A program made the translations under genes and the position numbers. From Amoebophrya sp. A120 (lineage: Eukaryota; Protista; Dinoflagellata), in contig CAJINV010000002.1 in assembly GCA_905178155.1 (NCBI GenBank), positions 10,459,455 to 10,523,454 of the forward strand: a stretch of 64,000 bases of DNA, read 5' to 3'. The notes beneath the pieces were generated by a model that was not told the DNA's origin, searched no databases, and worked only from the letters and a program-made list of their open reading frames with translations. Every line of letters begins with the position of its first letter. Within the stretch, counting starts at the first letter, position 1. This document shows, piece after piece, positions 35,401 to 48,700 of this stretch.

Positions 35401-38062
35401 CGCGAGCGGCTTCGCTCCTCCCGCATCCAGTCCTGAAAATCCCGGCGCTGCTCCCGCAACGCCTGCTCGTGCCTCCGCTTCGCGCCTTCGCCGAGCCGGG
35501 TGAAAAAGCCCCCGTTATTCCCATCGTCGCCGGGACCTCCGTCCGGGTACGGCGTCCCGCGGTCGGGCGAGTGGCTCCGCTTGCGCAGCGGGGACTGCGA
35601 GTTGCGCTCTTTCATAGCCCGCCGCATCTCCCGCTGCTGCTCCCGCCGGATCTTCTCCTGCTTCTCGCGCTGCGCCTGCCCCAGCTGATCAAACATGTTC
35701 ATATTGCCCCCGTTGGCGGCGGCAAGTGCTCCGGGGGCAGAGGGTCCTCCGCCACGCCCGCCCCCGGGGTTGATGTTATCTATGAAGAAGTCGTCGTTCA
35801 TCAGCATCGGCGAGCCCCCGCTCGCGGCGCTGGCACTCTTCTGCACCGGGCTCCACTCTCCACGCGGTGTTCGCGTCGGGGATTCCGCGAGCCCACGTTC
35901 ATCTCTGCGGTTCAGAATCGGGTGCACGCCGCGCCGCTGTTGCTCCTTCATCCGGGCACGCATCTCTTGCTGCTGCTCGCGCTTAATTCGCATTTTCTTT
36001 TCCTCGTATGTTGCGCCAAGATCCAACAGGCCCCCGCCGCCGCGCCGGCCACCGCGGGCAGAATCTACTTGTTGCTGTTGATGTTGTATTTGCTCTACTT
36101 CCTGCCTGCCATTTGCAGCAGCTCCTGTTGTGCGGGACGAGCTACTCGGTCGGTCGCCGCGCGCAGAACCGCGGCCCCGTAGGTACTCTTGATTGACAGG
36201 TGGGCGAGCAACTTCGCCAATCATTCTCTCATCATACGCGTCCTGAGCGGAAATCATGTCGCGGCCTGGGAATACGACGGGAGCAACCCGTGGCTGATCT
36301 ACGACGTGCGCTTGGTGGTATGGACGCTCGACTTGCGCGGCGGCGGCACGTGGCTTCTTCGGCTTTCCGTACTTGCGGTCGCCCATTTCGTGCAAAAGCT
36401 CTAGTTCCGATTTCTGCGGCGGCGGGCTGCGGGGCTGTGGTTGCGCATTCGTCGTCCTCTCGTCCAAGTAGTTCTCGGCGAGAGGAGGATTCTCGTTGTA
36501 CGGCCCAACCGCGCGCGGCTGCTCCCGATACGGCGGCCGCAGGGCCTGGGCCTGCGACGCGGGCGAGGGGGCTCGCGGGGGTGGCTCAAGTGCGACACCT
36601 CGAGCAGCACTGCCCCCGTTGTCGGGGCCGAGGTTGTGCTGCTGCAGATGCTTCTCCCTCTTTTGCCTCCAGACTTCCTCGCGCGACATTTTGCGCTTCG
36701 GCGCGATCATGTCGAATTCCGTGGTGTTGTCGAGCGAGGGGCCACTGTCGGCAGCAGTGTCCGCAGCAAAGACAAACGGAGCTGCATTGGCGACAAATCC
36801 ACCCTGATGGTGCGGCGGAGGTTCCATCGGTTCTGCTCGAGGATGTGCTTGTGATGGGAGATTTCGAGGCACTGTAATTCCGTTATTCCCTTCCATCTGC
36901 AGCTCGCGCTCTCGCTGCCGTTCTGCAAGCCGCTCGGCGCGTGTTTTCTTTGCGCCCGTGACTGGCGGCTCGGCACTGACGAGATCGCGACCAGGCTTTT
37001 GTCCGTTATTCTGCTGCAGCCATGGCGGCGCTGCGTTCTCCTTCTCCTGACCGGGGAGTGCGAAGTCATAGACGGCGTTCTTTTTCGCGACGACCTCGGA
37101 ATCCCCTGGTCCTGCAGTGGGTCCATCATCCTTTTTACTGAACCTGAATAAACACACAACATTCCCAATAAACTCTGGGTACTCCGGGTAGTGCACAAGC
37201 ACACTAGTAAAATTAGCGTCGAATTGAATACGGAGCACATGATCCGATGCACTTGATGTTGACATCAGACTAGTCTGAGACGAGGAGCGCGTCCCATTAG
37301 AGGCCGTACAAGAGTTTTTTCAGTCCTAACACGACTGATCAAAGCCTCCATCTTCGTATCATACAACACGGATGCTTGTGCAAATAATTTGTATACGCTC
37401 TCGGCGCGCCCTGCGGATTGCTTTCCTGGGGCCCAAGCCTCGGCACCGGGACCACGACGGTCGGCTTCGACACTACCAGTCGCTGTTCGTCCCGCAGTTG
37501 CTGCTCGAGATTTGAAATATGGCGCTGTTTTTGACTAGCCAGCACTTCAGCTTCCAAGTCGCCCATGTCATACTGCTGCAGCAACACTTTGTGCACGGAT
37601 TTTGCCTCCTTCAGTTCCTCTTCGAGCTTCTGAACTTTCCGCTGCTGCTATCGGGTAGAAACACACTAAGTAGTACGGTATCATATTTGGCGCGCGCCAC
37701 GAGATTAGGATCATCAGATGCTGCTTACCATGAAGACTTCTATCTATTAATAGAAGCTTCCATACTTAAATGTATCCGCACAGATGAAGAGACAGCTACA
37801 AAGACGGATGACAGACTGATGTATGCGATCATAGAGTCATTCTCCAACTTGCGCGGCAAATGTGATGCAGGCTACGGAGATTTCTGTACGATAGCTGCAC
37901 CTGCTCGTTCAGATGGTTGTGCAACTGGCTCTCTACGACGCGGTCCGTCGCCACACGGCGACTCGCTTGCGCACGTCGCATGATCGTTGTTTCTTGGCCC
38001 GCTAAGAATGGTACGTCGGCGAAGTCCGATTTTTCCTGCGGGACCAGACGCTGGTTGTACAC
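23404..38062 (-). CDS. Giant (about 4700 aa) repeat protein with N-terminal coiled coils, about 27 GGEVLD repeats and C-terminal YxxDxxGxY repeats
   Basis: 4404-aa ORF 24051-37265. Further exons join in frame at about 23404-23903, 37397-37648 and 37899-38062. The start codon is not resolved. Confidence 0.8.
26940..33285 (-). repeat. About 27 diverged protein-level repeats, consensus LQRxGxxFVAxDGxxVxPxxLxxFGGEVLDxxGxxVxV
   Basis: Counted directly from the translation; linkers vary in length. Confidence 0.9.
37649..37893. mobile_element. TAT...ATA hairpin introner
   Basis: Perfect direct repeat gctgc. Arms tatcgggtagaaa / tatcgtacagaaa, plus an inner pair gtatcatatttggcgcgc / gcatcacatttgccgcgc. 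Removal gives EQVQQRKVQK. Confidence 0.8.
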
Positions 38063-38363
38063 TAATTTCGTATTTCAGCCGGGCATGAAACCACGTACCA
38101 TGTTCTCGCTGCTGTCCAAAGCCGAAACAGCGCCGCAAAAAACACAGAAAATAAAGAACCCCTGTTGAATTATACACGATTCAATTGTAGCGGATTCGCG
38201 CAAAGCATCAAAAAAAGGACGAAAGAACTTTTGCGAAGCAGCGATGCTACTCGCGGTCTTGCGTTTTTGGTAGAAATGACGGGAACTACAAGAACTCAAA
38301 GAGAGTCATCGGCACTAAAAATTACGCAATTTGATTTTGATGTCCCTTTGTGAAAAAGATCCC

Positions 38364-41300
38364 TCACGACTCACACAAGTATTTTTTCTCTCGTGATGCG
38401 GCTTTTACTTTTTGAAAAACTTTCATTCGCTGAGCGCAACTCCGGAAGAAAAAAGAATCACTCATACCCAAAAATGGCTGGTTTTTGCCCTCAACGCCAC
38501 GAAGAAGACAACTACGGGAACGGCTCCCGCAACGAATTCGACGCAGTAAAGAAGCGAAGAGGAAGAGGACTTTTGAGAAATCATTGCAGCTCTTAGACAC
38601 GGTCATGGTCATCGTCATGTCCTTGGCTACTTCTGTGAGCGCGCCTGAAGTTGATTGTGGTTGCAGCCTCGAAGGACGTACATTCTCTTGTTTATGTTTT
38701 CGACCGTCCTTACTGGCGCTCGCAGTTCCAAATGGAAAAGCGAAGTTCGGCTCTGGTTCCACCCCACTAGTGCGCGTTTGGCTCTTTCCTGCAGCGACCT
38801 CGCTGGTGTAGTGCTCAAGATTCCCAAAGGCAGCTTTTCTAAGCCCACGCACCGACGCTCTGCGCCGACGAAAGCTTTCTTCATTCTGGACCAGTGGCGG
38901 CACGAGACTGGCGCAGGTAGGTCGAAACTTTCGGAAAGCACCCAGCACGTGCTGCACGTCCTTGACCGGCACGTCCAGCACATAACCTTGGGTCGACAGC
39001 GCAATCCTGCCCACGCGACGGATCAATGCGTTGGCTCGGTGCTCCGACGCCGTGCGCATTTCTGTGCCGTCCGACGCCGTGGTGCTGAAAATGTCGTCTC
39101 CTAATGTTGTGTCGTGACCATCATTTTTAAAATCTCCGAATGGTTGAAAATTTCTCTTCCCCCCGGCCGATCCTTCCTGCGAAGAGGGCAGGAAATACTG
39201 GTGCAGTTCCTTCTGCAGCAGCACAAGCAGGCGCTGGCGACTTGTGGACGTGCTGGTCGTGTTCCGCAACAACACCGGCACATACGACGGACGACCAGAG
39301 AGTGGGGACATCCACCTCACCTGTGTCTGTCGTGTCTCGAGTACGCACAAAGCTCGAGAAAGCAGTTCGATTCGCTTCTGTTGGCAGTCGGTCCGAAAAG
39401 GATCGTCTTCGGAAGAACGTCGTGCACGACTAGATGGTGCAGCCAAAGCCGCAGCATTGGTGTTCTTCCGAGCAACATCTTGCTCTTTCACGCTTGCTGC
39501 TTTCCCTCCGATGATTCTGGTACACGCACGCGCCGTCGTCACGACGTCGAGACCGAGGGCCTCGCGACACTGGAAAAAGAGCTGCTGAACCCGTTGCAGC
39601 CGCATCGTTTCCGGCGTCGGCAGGGCCAAGTCTTCAAAGCCGATGCCGAGCTTTCGGCCGAGGCGGTGGTGGGGTGCGAAAGTCGAAGAAGACCAAGACG
39701 TGCTCCCTTGCCAAAGAGGAAGACCGCTAGAAGTTCTTCCCGCAGCGGTGGTGGATGATCTCGGAGTCGAAGAAGAAAGCAGAACTACGCTTTTGCCTGT
39801 GTCACCTCGAATCCGCCCAACGCGGTGGACGTACGTTTCCGCAGAGGGCAACCGCTGCAGCAACATGCCTCTCCTGTGGTTCTTCCCCGCGTGCGAATAC
39901 TCCATAGCAAGTTTGGGAACATGCACCACCAGTGTCACGTTGTCAAAGTCAAGTCCGCGGGCGGCCAGGTCGGTGGCAACCAGCACGGTGACGTCGCCCT
40001 CGCGAAATGCCTGCACCGTCGCGGCCCGCTCGGCGTCCGTTTGCGCGGCGTTCAATTGACACACACCCAGTGCCTGCGTCCGCGCAGAACCCTGCAGCGT
40101 GTGCGTCACAAGATCGCAATCACTGCGCGTTGCAGCGAAGATGATTGCTTTGCTCTTTCGCAGCTGCGGCTTTTCTGTGCTGTGATAGGTCGTGTGGTGT
40201 GCTGCAGCAGAGCGCTGAGATGTTTCCGGCGCCAAGTTTTCTTGCAGTAGCCAAGAGAGAACGTCCCCAATATTCTTTGTTGACGGAATGCTTTTGCCAT
40301 TCTTCGTCTCGCCTACCAGTGTCAGTGTGCAGTGATGTACATTTTGCTTTTGGGCGAAAAATTGCGGAACAGAGGTACCCGCCACCGTGTCGCTGATTTC
40401 AGACAAGCGGTCCGCGCAGCAATGCTCGCGCAAAACATCCCGCAGCCAGGGGGGTGAGGTGGCCGAGAAGAACAGAAACTGCAATTTGTTATCTTGCGAA
40501 TTGTTCATCTTCCGGACCGCTCTTCCATCACCAACCCCTTGCTGCACAGGTTCGAGTTTCGGGTTTTTCTGCGCTTCTTCTACACGAAGTCGTGTGTTGT
40601 TGGGCCCTATCCGCCACTTGAGGGTTTGCGCGGATTTGATGTGCGATAGCAGCTCCGTCATCTCCGAGGCAAAGCCGGACCCTGCATCAAACATTTGGTC
40701 GGCCTCGTCGAACATGTCAAAATCAAAAAGACTGCCTCCCCATAGGCAAAAACTAAAACAGCTTTGGTAGTTTTATATATAATTATACGTGCAATTCATT
40801 GCAGAGAACAACGAATGCAAACGCAAACGGCGGACGCAACCTAATAGTCGGCTCGCTTGTAAACTACCACAAAAATCCGCATCAGATATCTGCGCTATCT
40901 TGTTGCAAGGAGAGACGCGATTTTATCGTCAGGATAGACAACCAGGATTCGGCAGTTCTGCAATGCAGTATACACGTTGGCCTTTACAAGCTCCAGCAGG
41001 AATTGCGGCGTCGAGATCACCACGTCGTGTCCTTCGCGGAGAAGTCTCTTAGTGTACAAAAACTTGTCCGCGCTGGGTGGATTCTTGGGTGTATCTGCTT
41101 TTCTTCTCGTCTCACCACTATCGCCCACCTGCCCGGCGCACGAGATGGTAGAACTTCTGGTCAGCAGCAACAATCTTTGCTCGCTGTGCTTCAACTTCAT
41201 GGCTTCGAACCGTGTTTGCTCGGCCAACTCAGGCGTGGGGCACAGCCACAGAACCGGCTCGTGCCCAAAGAGTGAACGACTACTCGTGTCCCCGAAGAAC

Positions 41301-41920
41301 TGATTTTTCCCAGTCCGTCTGCCGCTCGAGCTGGTGCTGGCCTGCTCGTCTGCTGCCGGCTTGCAATCGCCTATTCTCCTCATAACTGCCGTGCGGTCCA
41401 ACACGGGCGCCAAGAAGGCTACCGTCTTTCCCGTTCCTGGGGCGGCGCGGGCCAATACGTCGAATCCACGCAGGACGCATGGAAAGGCCTGCTTTTGAAT
41501 GGGCGTCAGGGGATAGTAGCGATGCCTGCGCAACCGGTCCTGCATCCTCGGCGACAGTTGCGGTTCACGTGTGCGACCGTCATCTTCGGGGGATTGGGCA
41601 CTCTCGGTTGTACCAGCACCGGGTGAAGTGCGCAAAAGTCCAGCATTGCGGCTGCTTTTCAAAAACATGTTCTTGTTTCCACCGTTTCGGCGGGCATCGG
41701 AAACGCGAAGGCCCGACCTGCGTGCCCGCCTTCTTCGTATCTTTTTCTCACAACGGAAGGACGAGGCAAAGAGGAGAGAACGAACAGAAATGCAGAACGG
41801 CAGTGGCCGGGTCGTGGTGGACGTTTCTGACAAATTTCGTAGAAATGCAGACGTCACTGGAAGCAGTGCTCCAGCTACGCCTGCAATCGACGGCGAGCTC
41901 GTGGATAGGGGCGGCATCAC
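38364..41920 (-). CDS. DEAD-box RNA helicase
   Basis: Q motif LTPIQKQAF, I APGTGKT, Ia PTPELA, II DEAD, III SAT, V ATDLAARGLD, VI YVHRVGR. An intron lies just before DEAD. The exact start and 3' exon structure are uncertain. Confidence 0.9.
40715..40936. mobile_element. Degenerate TAT...ATA-family non-canonical intron
   Basis: tgt...ata ends, flanks gaaca/gacaa. Removing the element plus 5 nt gives ILVVDEAD. Confidence 0.55.
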
Positions 41921-42515
41921 TGCGCGATTACGAGTTTGTCCTTGTTGTCGCTCTAAACTTGTTCTAAACTACTTAAAAGCGCACTATTTCAACTCCAACT
42001 GGCTTTTCTTGCCCGACAGGAGGTGGAATGCTGAACTTTCAGGCAGGTGCAGGAAGAGAGCCGTCAGGGATCAGCGGAACCCATGTTCATTCTTTTTTCG
42101 TCCGCTCGATCTCTGTCCTCCTCGCCGTCGCAGCGGTGCCGGTGGATCTAAGAGCACCATAGGCATAAATATGCGGACCAACACTAGACCTCAACGATCA
42201 ATGGTGAAGATCTTGTGTGATCTCTTGGCATTTGCTCGATAATGGCAGCTATCCAATGCAACAGAGCTTGTCCGTGTAGACCTTCGAACCTTGCCTGGGG
42301 CACGTTGACGAGATGAAAACTTGAACACCTGCCCGAAAAAAATCAACTACGCATGGCAGCATCCTGCCAAAAGTGACGTCAGCGTCACCCACCGCGTGCT
42401 TCATGTTGAAGCTTTATTTTCTCAACGCAACGTCTGGGCACAGTTTGTGTTCAAGAAGCACAACTTGCATGATCAAGAATGCAGCAACATGTGTGCGGTC
42501 CCGAGTGTACTCCGT

Positions 42516-43593
42516 TCACCACCGACCGCGTCTTTTTGCGGGTCCTCCCCGATTCTTGGGAAATCGCTCCTTCTTAAGAAAGTTTTCCACGTCGCGGTTC
42601 CTTTCTTCGTCCACATTCGCTGCTACATCATCTTCCCGCGGCTCCTGACGGCGCCGGCCGTGCCTGTTCTTCGGGGACGACGAATATGCACTCGACATAT
42701 GTCACAAGATGTCTGAATCTGGAATGAATGATGCGACACGAAAAAAACTCGCATGCACAACCAGCAGCTTGTGACATATAATTTGCAAGAATGGATAACG
42801 AAGGCTCCTCTACATCCATTTCCTCTTCCGCCGCACGTTCATCTTCCACTTCTCCCCGCTTGCTACTGCTGCTCGCCCCACCATGATGACCAGTATTGTT
42901 CCCCTGCTCTCCTCCGCCGGTCGCGGGGGTCGGAGGCGCGTCTGCTTTCCCGATGGGTATGTGGAAACGGCTCTGCTCTACGCAGAGCAATCGATTTGCG
43001 GGGTCCGACGGACGAATCCGGGTGTCGTGGAGCGCGAGCGCCTTCTCGAACGACACCTCGTCGCAGAACCGCACGACGCCCTGGCCTCGGGACCGCCCGT
43101 GGGGGTCCAGGAACAGTTTGAAGTGGCTCACGGGACCGCAGTGGCGGAGGAAAAACTCCATCAGCTCGGCCTCCGTGTACTTGAAGGGGACGTTGCTGAA
43201 GAACACGGAAGTGTGCACGCGCTTGCGCTCCGCAGCGACAAGAGGGTCCTTCAGCCGCACCCCCGTGGCGTACAGCTGGTGCCGCTCGTTGCGTGCCAAC
43301 TGGCCGTAGTACACCTCGTCGCCCTCGCGAATGTCCAGCTCCGGGTCGTCCAGGTCGTGGCAGTGCACGAAAATCTGGCACCCGTGCTCGTTGTACAGCT
43401 TATCGCTCTCGATGTAGCCGTAGCCCTTCTTCTCCATCCACCGGACGACACGCGCGACGTCTCGAACCTTCCCAGAGGGACCCGGGACGAGCTTGGCCTT
43501 TTTAGGCAGCACGCCATCGGGCGGATTCGCGCTGTGACTGCTGGAGGACGAGGAGGGCGCAGCAGCTGCCGCTGCAGCCGACGTCAACGTCAT
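42516..43593 (-). CDS. Cold-shock domain + RRM RNA-binding protein
   Basis: CSD: VVRWMEKKGYGYI..IFVH. RRM: VFFSNVP..SRGQGVVRF. One intron, 42685-42802. Confidence 0.88.
42685..42797. mobile_element. TAT...ATA hairpin introner (non-canonical intron)
   Basis: Perfect direct repeat acgaa. Perfect 12-bp inner inverted repeat atatgtcacaag / cttgtgacatat. Removal gives EEPSSSPKNR. Confidence 0.82.
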
Positions 43594-43827
43594 GGCCGAG
43601 CGGATATCGAAAGGAAATGCGTCCCGCCCTTACAGCGAGATTTCGTATTGTTTGGGAAACAGAAATTTTTACGATAACGAGACAGCTAAGTAGGAACTCG
43701 TCTTCAAGATATGCCCGTATATGACGCACGGCATGTGTTTCTGTGTATCTGAAGCTGAGCGTCCGACTCGTTTCATGCCTTCTAGTTCTAGTTCTACATG
43801 GTGGAACATCTGCATCACAAACACTTC

Positions 43828-44937
43828 TCACTGCTGCAAAGCGGGTTCAGGGACGGCGCACGTTTTAACGTGGTAATTGACGGGCTTGCTGTTTCTTGCA
43901 AGGACCACTGGCTCATCTCCCGCTGCGGAAGTCGTCGCGGCCACGTTGTCTTGTTTTCGGGCAAGAAGAGAAATTCCTCCTGATGGTGCGCTCTTTTCTG
44001 GCGCCATTGATGCTGTTCCCGGCTTGCGACCGGCGGCGGTCGATGACGCACTGGCAGAATGTTGCTGCTGCCCAGGAAATTGCTTCTCCAAAGGTAAGTC
44101 CGTGAATCGGATCGGCTTGATCATCGGTTTTATCTTTGCCTTTTGCAGTTCCACCTTCGGCTGCTCGTGTGGTTCCTCATTTCTCATTTCTATTCCGTCA
44201 CCACGTTCTTTGTCCTCTCGTTCGCGTGAATCTTGGCCGCGCTGTTCATCTTCATCTTGATAATGTTCGACTCTCTGCACGCCCTGCGCCTCTGGCACGC
44301 CGTTCGGAAACCATGTGACTCTTTCAAATGAAACACTATCGCCGACCGAAAAAGTTGGTTTCCCGCCATTTCTTGCGCCTTGTTCTTGGCTGGCCGGCAT
44401 TTTAAAAGTCGCTTTGCGTGCGAAGTCCGGGCCCGTCACCCAACCGCGATTTTTTTCCGCGTCAAACGCAACCACGGTGGCGCGTATCGGGTCGCCCGAC
44501 CGAGGCGGGGGGTGCTCAAACCAGGCTGGTTCCTCAAGACTTTTGCTTGCATTTTCGCCTACGAGAACGCCAGCATCGTCAAGTCCCCGCCCATCGACTC
44601 CACCGACAACCGCTCGCTCGCGTCTGGCCGCCGCCTCCTCATCTTCTCTTTCCAGTCGCCTTCTCTTGGCATCTTCCTGGACGAAGTCCTCTCTGAGCGG
44701 CACGCCTCCAAATTCCGACAAGACTTCGTCGTCAACATCCAACCGCTTGGAAGAAGATGACGAGGATTTGGAGTTTCCTCCTGCGCCACCGTTTCGGTCT
44801 TGTGCCTGCTTCAGCTCCTTCTGCAGCAGGGACACGTTCCACGCCTTGGTCTTGGCATTGTAAAACTGTGCCAAGTTCGCACCCTTGCTGAGCCGCTTCA
44901 GCCGGAGAAACAACTCGGAACATTCCTTCTGCGACAT
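43828..44937 (-). CDS. Hypothetical protein with a possible cold-shock/OB-fold domain
   Basis: 369-aa ORF; ATVVAFDAEKNRGWV...FSVGDSVSF resembles a divergent CSD. Confidence 0.6.
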   Translation of the reverse strand: MSQKECSELFLRLKRLSKGANLAQFYNAKTKAWNVSLLQKELKQAQDRNGGAGGNSKSSSSSSKRLDVDDEVLSEFGGVPLREDFVQEDAKRRRLEREDEEAAARRERAVVGGVDGRGLDDAGVLVGENASKSLEEPAWFEHPPPRSGDPIRATVVAFDAEKNRGWVTGPDFARKATFKMPASQEQGARNGGKPTFSVGDSVSFERVTWFPNGVPEAQGVQRVEHYQDEDEQRGQDSREREDKERGDGIEMRNEEPHEQPKVELQKAKIKPMIKPIRFTDLPLEKQFPGQQQHSASASSTAAGRKPGTASMAPEKSAPSGGISLLARKQDNVAATTSAAGDEPVVLARNSKPVNYHVKTCAVPEPALQQ

Positions 44938-45711
44938 GTTGATACGTATTTACGCTGCTCAGTGTACTTACTACAGAGGTTCAAGTTTTGATGCTGTTAA
45001 AACGCGCACTCAAATAAAAGGAATTCTGCAACACGTCGCCAGATGGACGAATAGGAGTACCAGTACAAAGTTCCAACTGTTCTTGTCGCTGTGGCTGTGA
45101 ACAAAGATGATTCGGAGCAAAGCGAAAGTGCAGTACTCCTAGATATACCTAAAAGGAAGCCAGCGTGTGGGGCGAAAATGAGTTATGTGCTAGCCCCGAC
45201 GACACCACCCCACCACCGCCCACCGTCTGGTAAAAATTCAAACGTACTGGCGGACAAAGAACCCTTCTCTTTGTGCCAGATCACTCGTGTTCGCAATCGG
45301 TGTATACCATGATTCCAGATCACAATCGCAGTGCCGGGTCCCGGTCCCTCGCCCGCAAGACACATTTCTATTTGCAAACAAGGAAACAAAGGATCTACTG
45401 CCTCCACGGCTGAAGTGGACAAGATCTTTGTAGGATAGGAACAACACAGCTGAATTCTGAAGGAAGATAGGACACCTCCTTCCGTGTATAATGCTTGTAA
45501 TTGCACAAGAGCCATATCCGAGAGGTTGGAAACCTGCGAACTGTCCTGCGCTCGTCGCGATTCGCGAACGCGACTGTTTTGAAGATGAATTCTTTCGAGC
45601 AGGGAATGTGAATGTCGCTGATAGATTGTCGCCTGAAATAAAGGGTGAATAGCACCACTTTCGGTGCTTCCGGTGCCGCTGTTTCACCTTTGCATCGAGT
45701 TCCTCCGAATG

Positions 45712-48700
45712 TCACCACTCCAGATTTAGTGACTTCAGCTGGCACTCCACCTTTTGAAGGTCGATTTTTGCCTTCGCCCGCTTGTAGAAGATGGGGCAAT
45801 CGGAGTTGGCGCAGATCACCTCTTGATGCAAACTGTCCTGACACCTTTGGCACTCCGTCCAGAGCCGCTGAAACTCAATCTGCTTCTCCCGGACTTCGGT
45901 CAGCTTCTCAAAGTAGATCTCCGGACCTTTGTCCTTCATGCAGTACTTGCAGAGCGCCAAGTCCTGCTGCTCCGACCCCTCTTTCTGTGTCACCATGGCG
46001 ACGGTACTTGGCTGTGGAATTTAGTTTAGTGAATGTCATGAGCTTTTTGGTTTGCAAGAGCAAGGTGAAAGAATGAGATTTGACCATAAATCCTTTGTTC
46101 TTGGCGCACATGAACTGCTCACACCACAAGCATTCAGTAATCAGTTTTTGATATAATGGTATCAGGGACAGATCAATCGAAGGAGTATTGCAGTTTGTTC
46201 TAGCTCTACGTGGTCTCTACTGCCATGGAGTTCCACGAAGTCGGACTCGGAGGCCGCATAAAGATCTTCGTTCAGGACGATAAAGACCACGGATTTGGAT
46301 CCCGGACCTTGACATTAACGAGCGCAAACGCTATAGTACCTTCAGGGTAGTCTTGCAACCGAGGCACTTTTTCGCAATGGTGACCTTCGCTCCGTCGCCA
46401 AATCCGAATTGGTTTGTGTTTTGGACCGCGGACTGAACGATTTTGCGGGTGTGATCGCCAGTGAACAGCTTCTGACTCGCGTTCGGCATGATGGGGTCAA
46501 AAATGCGCAGCAACGGGTTGGCCAGCTGGTGGTCAATGTACCAGTGGGCGTCAATGGCCAATCCGTTTTCCAGCACATACATGGGATCTTCGCTCTTCTC
46601 GTAGTGGCATCACCAGAAAAAGTGTTCACGCTACCAGCTGCGTTGCGCTACTTGACGCGCTGCTTTCCTACATCAAGCCAAAAATGACAAAACTCAGCCA
46701 TCAGAAACTTTGCATGCTAAGCAAATATACCACCATAAACATAATATTTCGCATTATTTGAAACAGCATTTTCCAATCTTGTAGATATCGTGAACACTTC
46801 TTGCCGTGATAAATTGGCCGTCTTTTTCATGCTTTTCACTATTACGTAGGGGACCCGGTCACCGGCGCCGGGCGCTGTTGCTGGGTTGCGCTGCCGCATG
46901 CGTTCCGCGAGCTCCACGTGGGCCTGCTTCGCGGCGTACTCGTCTCGGCCCAGGGACTTGGAAATCACGAGCAGTGCGAGGTCCACCTTGTTCTGCAGCA
47001 GGTCGGACACAGATTGCTGCACGAAACCGATGGCCTGATTATAAAGTGAGTATCACCACTTTTTTTTTGGATCGGCGAGACGAGTATGGTGCATTCTATT
47101 TCTATGTACGAGTACTACATCAATAGAAAAATTCGGCCAGAAATACCATAGTACCTTCTCCTTACTGCGGTCAATGAGCAGGCACTTCAGTGCGGTGTCG
47201 ACAACGCGCTGTACGAGCCCGCAGTTGTCGCGGCGGACCGTCTCAATGCCCTTTGTGTCCATTTTGTCGTACTTATCCGGATTGGTCCAGTACAGGCCTG
47301 CGTACCGCTTTTTTGCGAGCAGCAAATACGGAAAGTAGACTTTCTCGAACTCCAGCTTAATCGGCTTGAGAAACGTGGCGGAAATTTTGTCCGCGGCCTT
47401 CAGGCCGAGGTCCATGGACTCCTTTACGGTGTCCGGGCCAAACTTCACCATCACAGAATCCGTGTCGCCATAGATTACCTCGGCATCGTGCTTGTATCCG
47501 TTCGCAATCGTGAACTCCCTGTTTTTTTCGTTTATTCTCACTTTATCCATATCTTCGTCGATCTCGGTAATCCATTATCATGACATCAAACTGCATTTTT
47601 GCAATCGGTGATTCAAACGCTTTCTTCATCAACTCCTTGATTTTTGCCATGATTTGATTTCGAAAATCCAAGTGTTGTATCATTCTAGAAGAAAAACGGC
47701 AGCTGTACTGTTGCACAAGGTCGCGGGTTTGTTCGATCATGGTCCTGCCGAAAGCGGTGACAGAGGAGGAGATTTCCAGGCAGGGCATCATGCCCACCTG
47801 CGCACCGGTGAAGCCGTACACACTGTTCGCGCTGATTTTCAGTGCCAGCTGCCGCCCGTTCAGGACCGCCTTCTTGAATGGATCCTGCTCCGCGTTCATC
47901 TCTTTTTTTGCGCGTTTCCTCGCCCCCAGAAGGTCCTCCAGGATCAGCGGCAACAGCCCCTTTCGCTTCGTAGGCTTCACGAAGTAGTTACCGCAGGGTG
48001 TCACGGTGTAGTCGTCCTCGCTCATGTTCTCCACCTTCCCCGTGCTGGGTTTTATCAGACTGTTGGGGATCAGGGTGCAGTAACACAAATTGTGCGCCAT
48101 CATGATCGAGGGGTACAGCGAGGCGAAATCCAGCGTGGCGATCGGTTTGTCGTAGAAATCCGTTTTCGGGTCCAGCACCGTGGCCCCCTCGAACTGGTCC
48201 CCGGTCTGTTCAACCTTGCGCGCCGGGGCGATGTAGCCGGACTCGCGCGCGCGCCGCAGGATTTGCCCGAACACCTTGATCGCCTGCCCCCGGAACTATC
48301 CAATGTGAAAACCCAAGCAAAAACTTAACATATCTTTATCTTCTGCCGTGCAAAATTACAAATTACTTGCGGCCATGATTGCGCAAAACCGAACAAGGAG
48401 AAACTTCTAGATCTATTACGTAATGCGGCCGCACTGCGGCAGCACGTCGACGCTGGCCCCTGTGGGGCGCCACATGCATGCGTGACTTGGAAAAGTTATC
48501 GGTTGCTGCACTAATAATAACGAGTATTTTTGCGTTTTCCCACTGGATAGAAAAAGCAGGAAATTCAACGGCGTGCCGGTGACGCGGGCCATCTCAACGT
48601 AGTTGTAGAGGCAACAGAGCTTCTCGAGCAGTCGCAGGGGCAGCTTCGCGTCCTTCAGACAGTAGACCCCGAGCCGGCGGCGCGTCTCCGCCGTCCCTGT

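Noticed and set aside
34062-36182. 706-aa plus-strand ORF (and similar plus-strand ORFs elsewhere)
   Set aside because: It is antisense to a GC-rich minus-strand exon, L/R/P-rich, with no motifs: a shadow ORF.
37144-37265. ORF-track start MSTSSASDH for the 4404-aa protein
   Set aside because: It lies within a probable GT-AG intron (37144-37396), and upstream exons join in frame.
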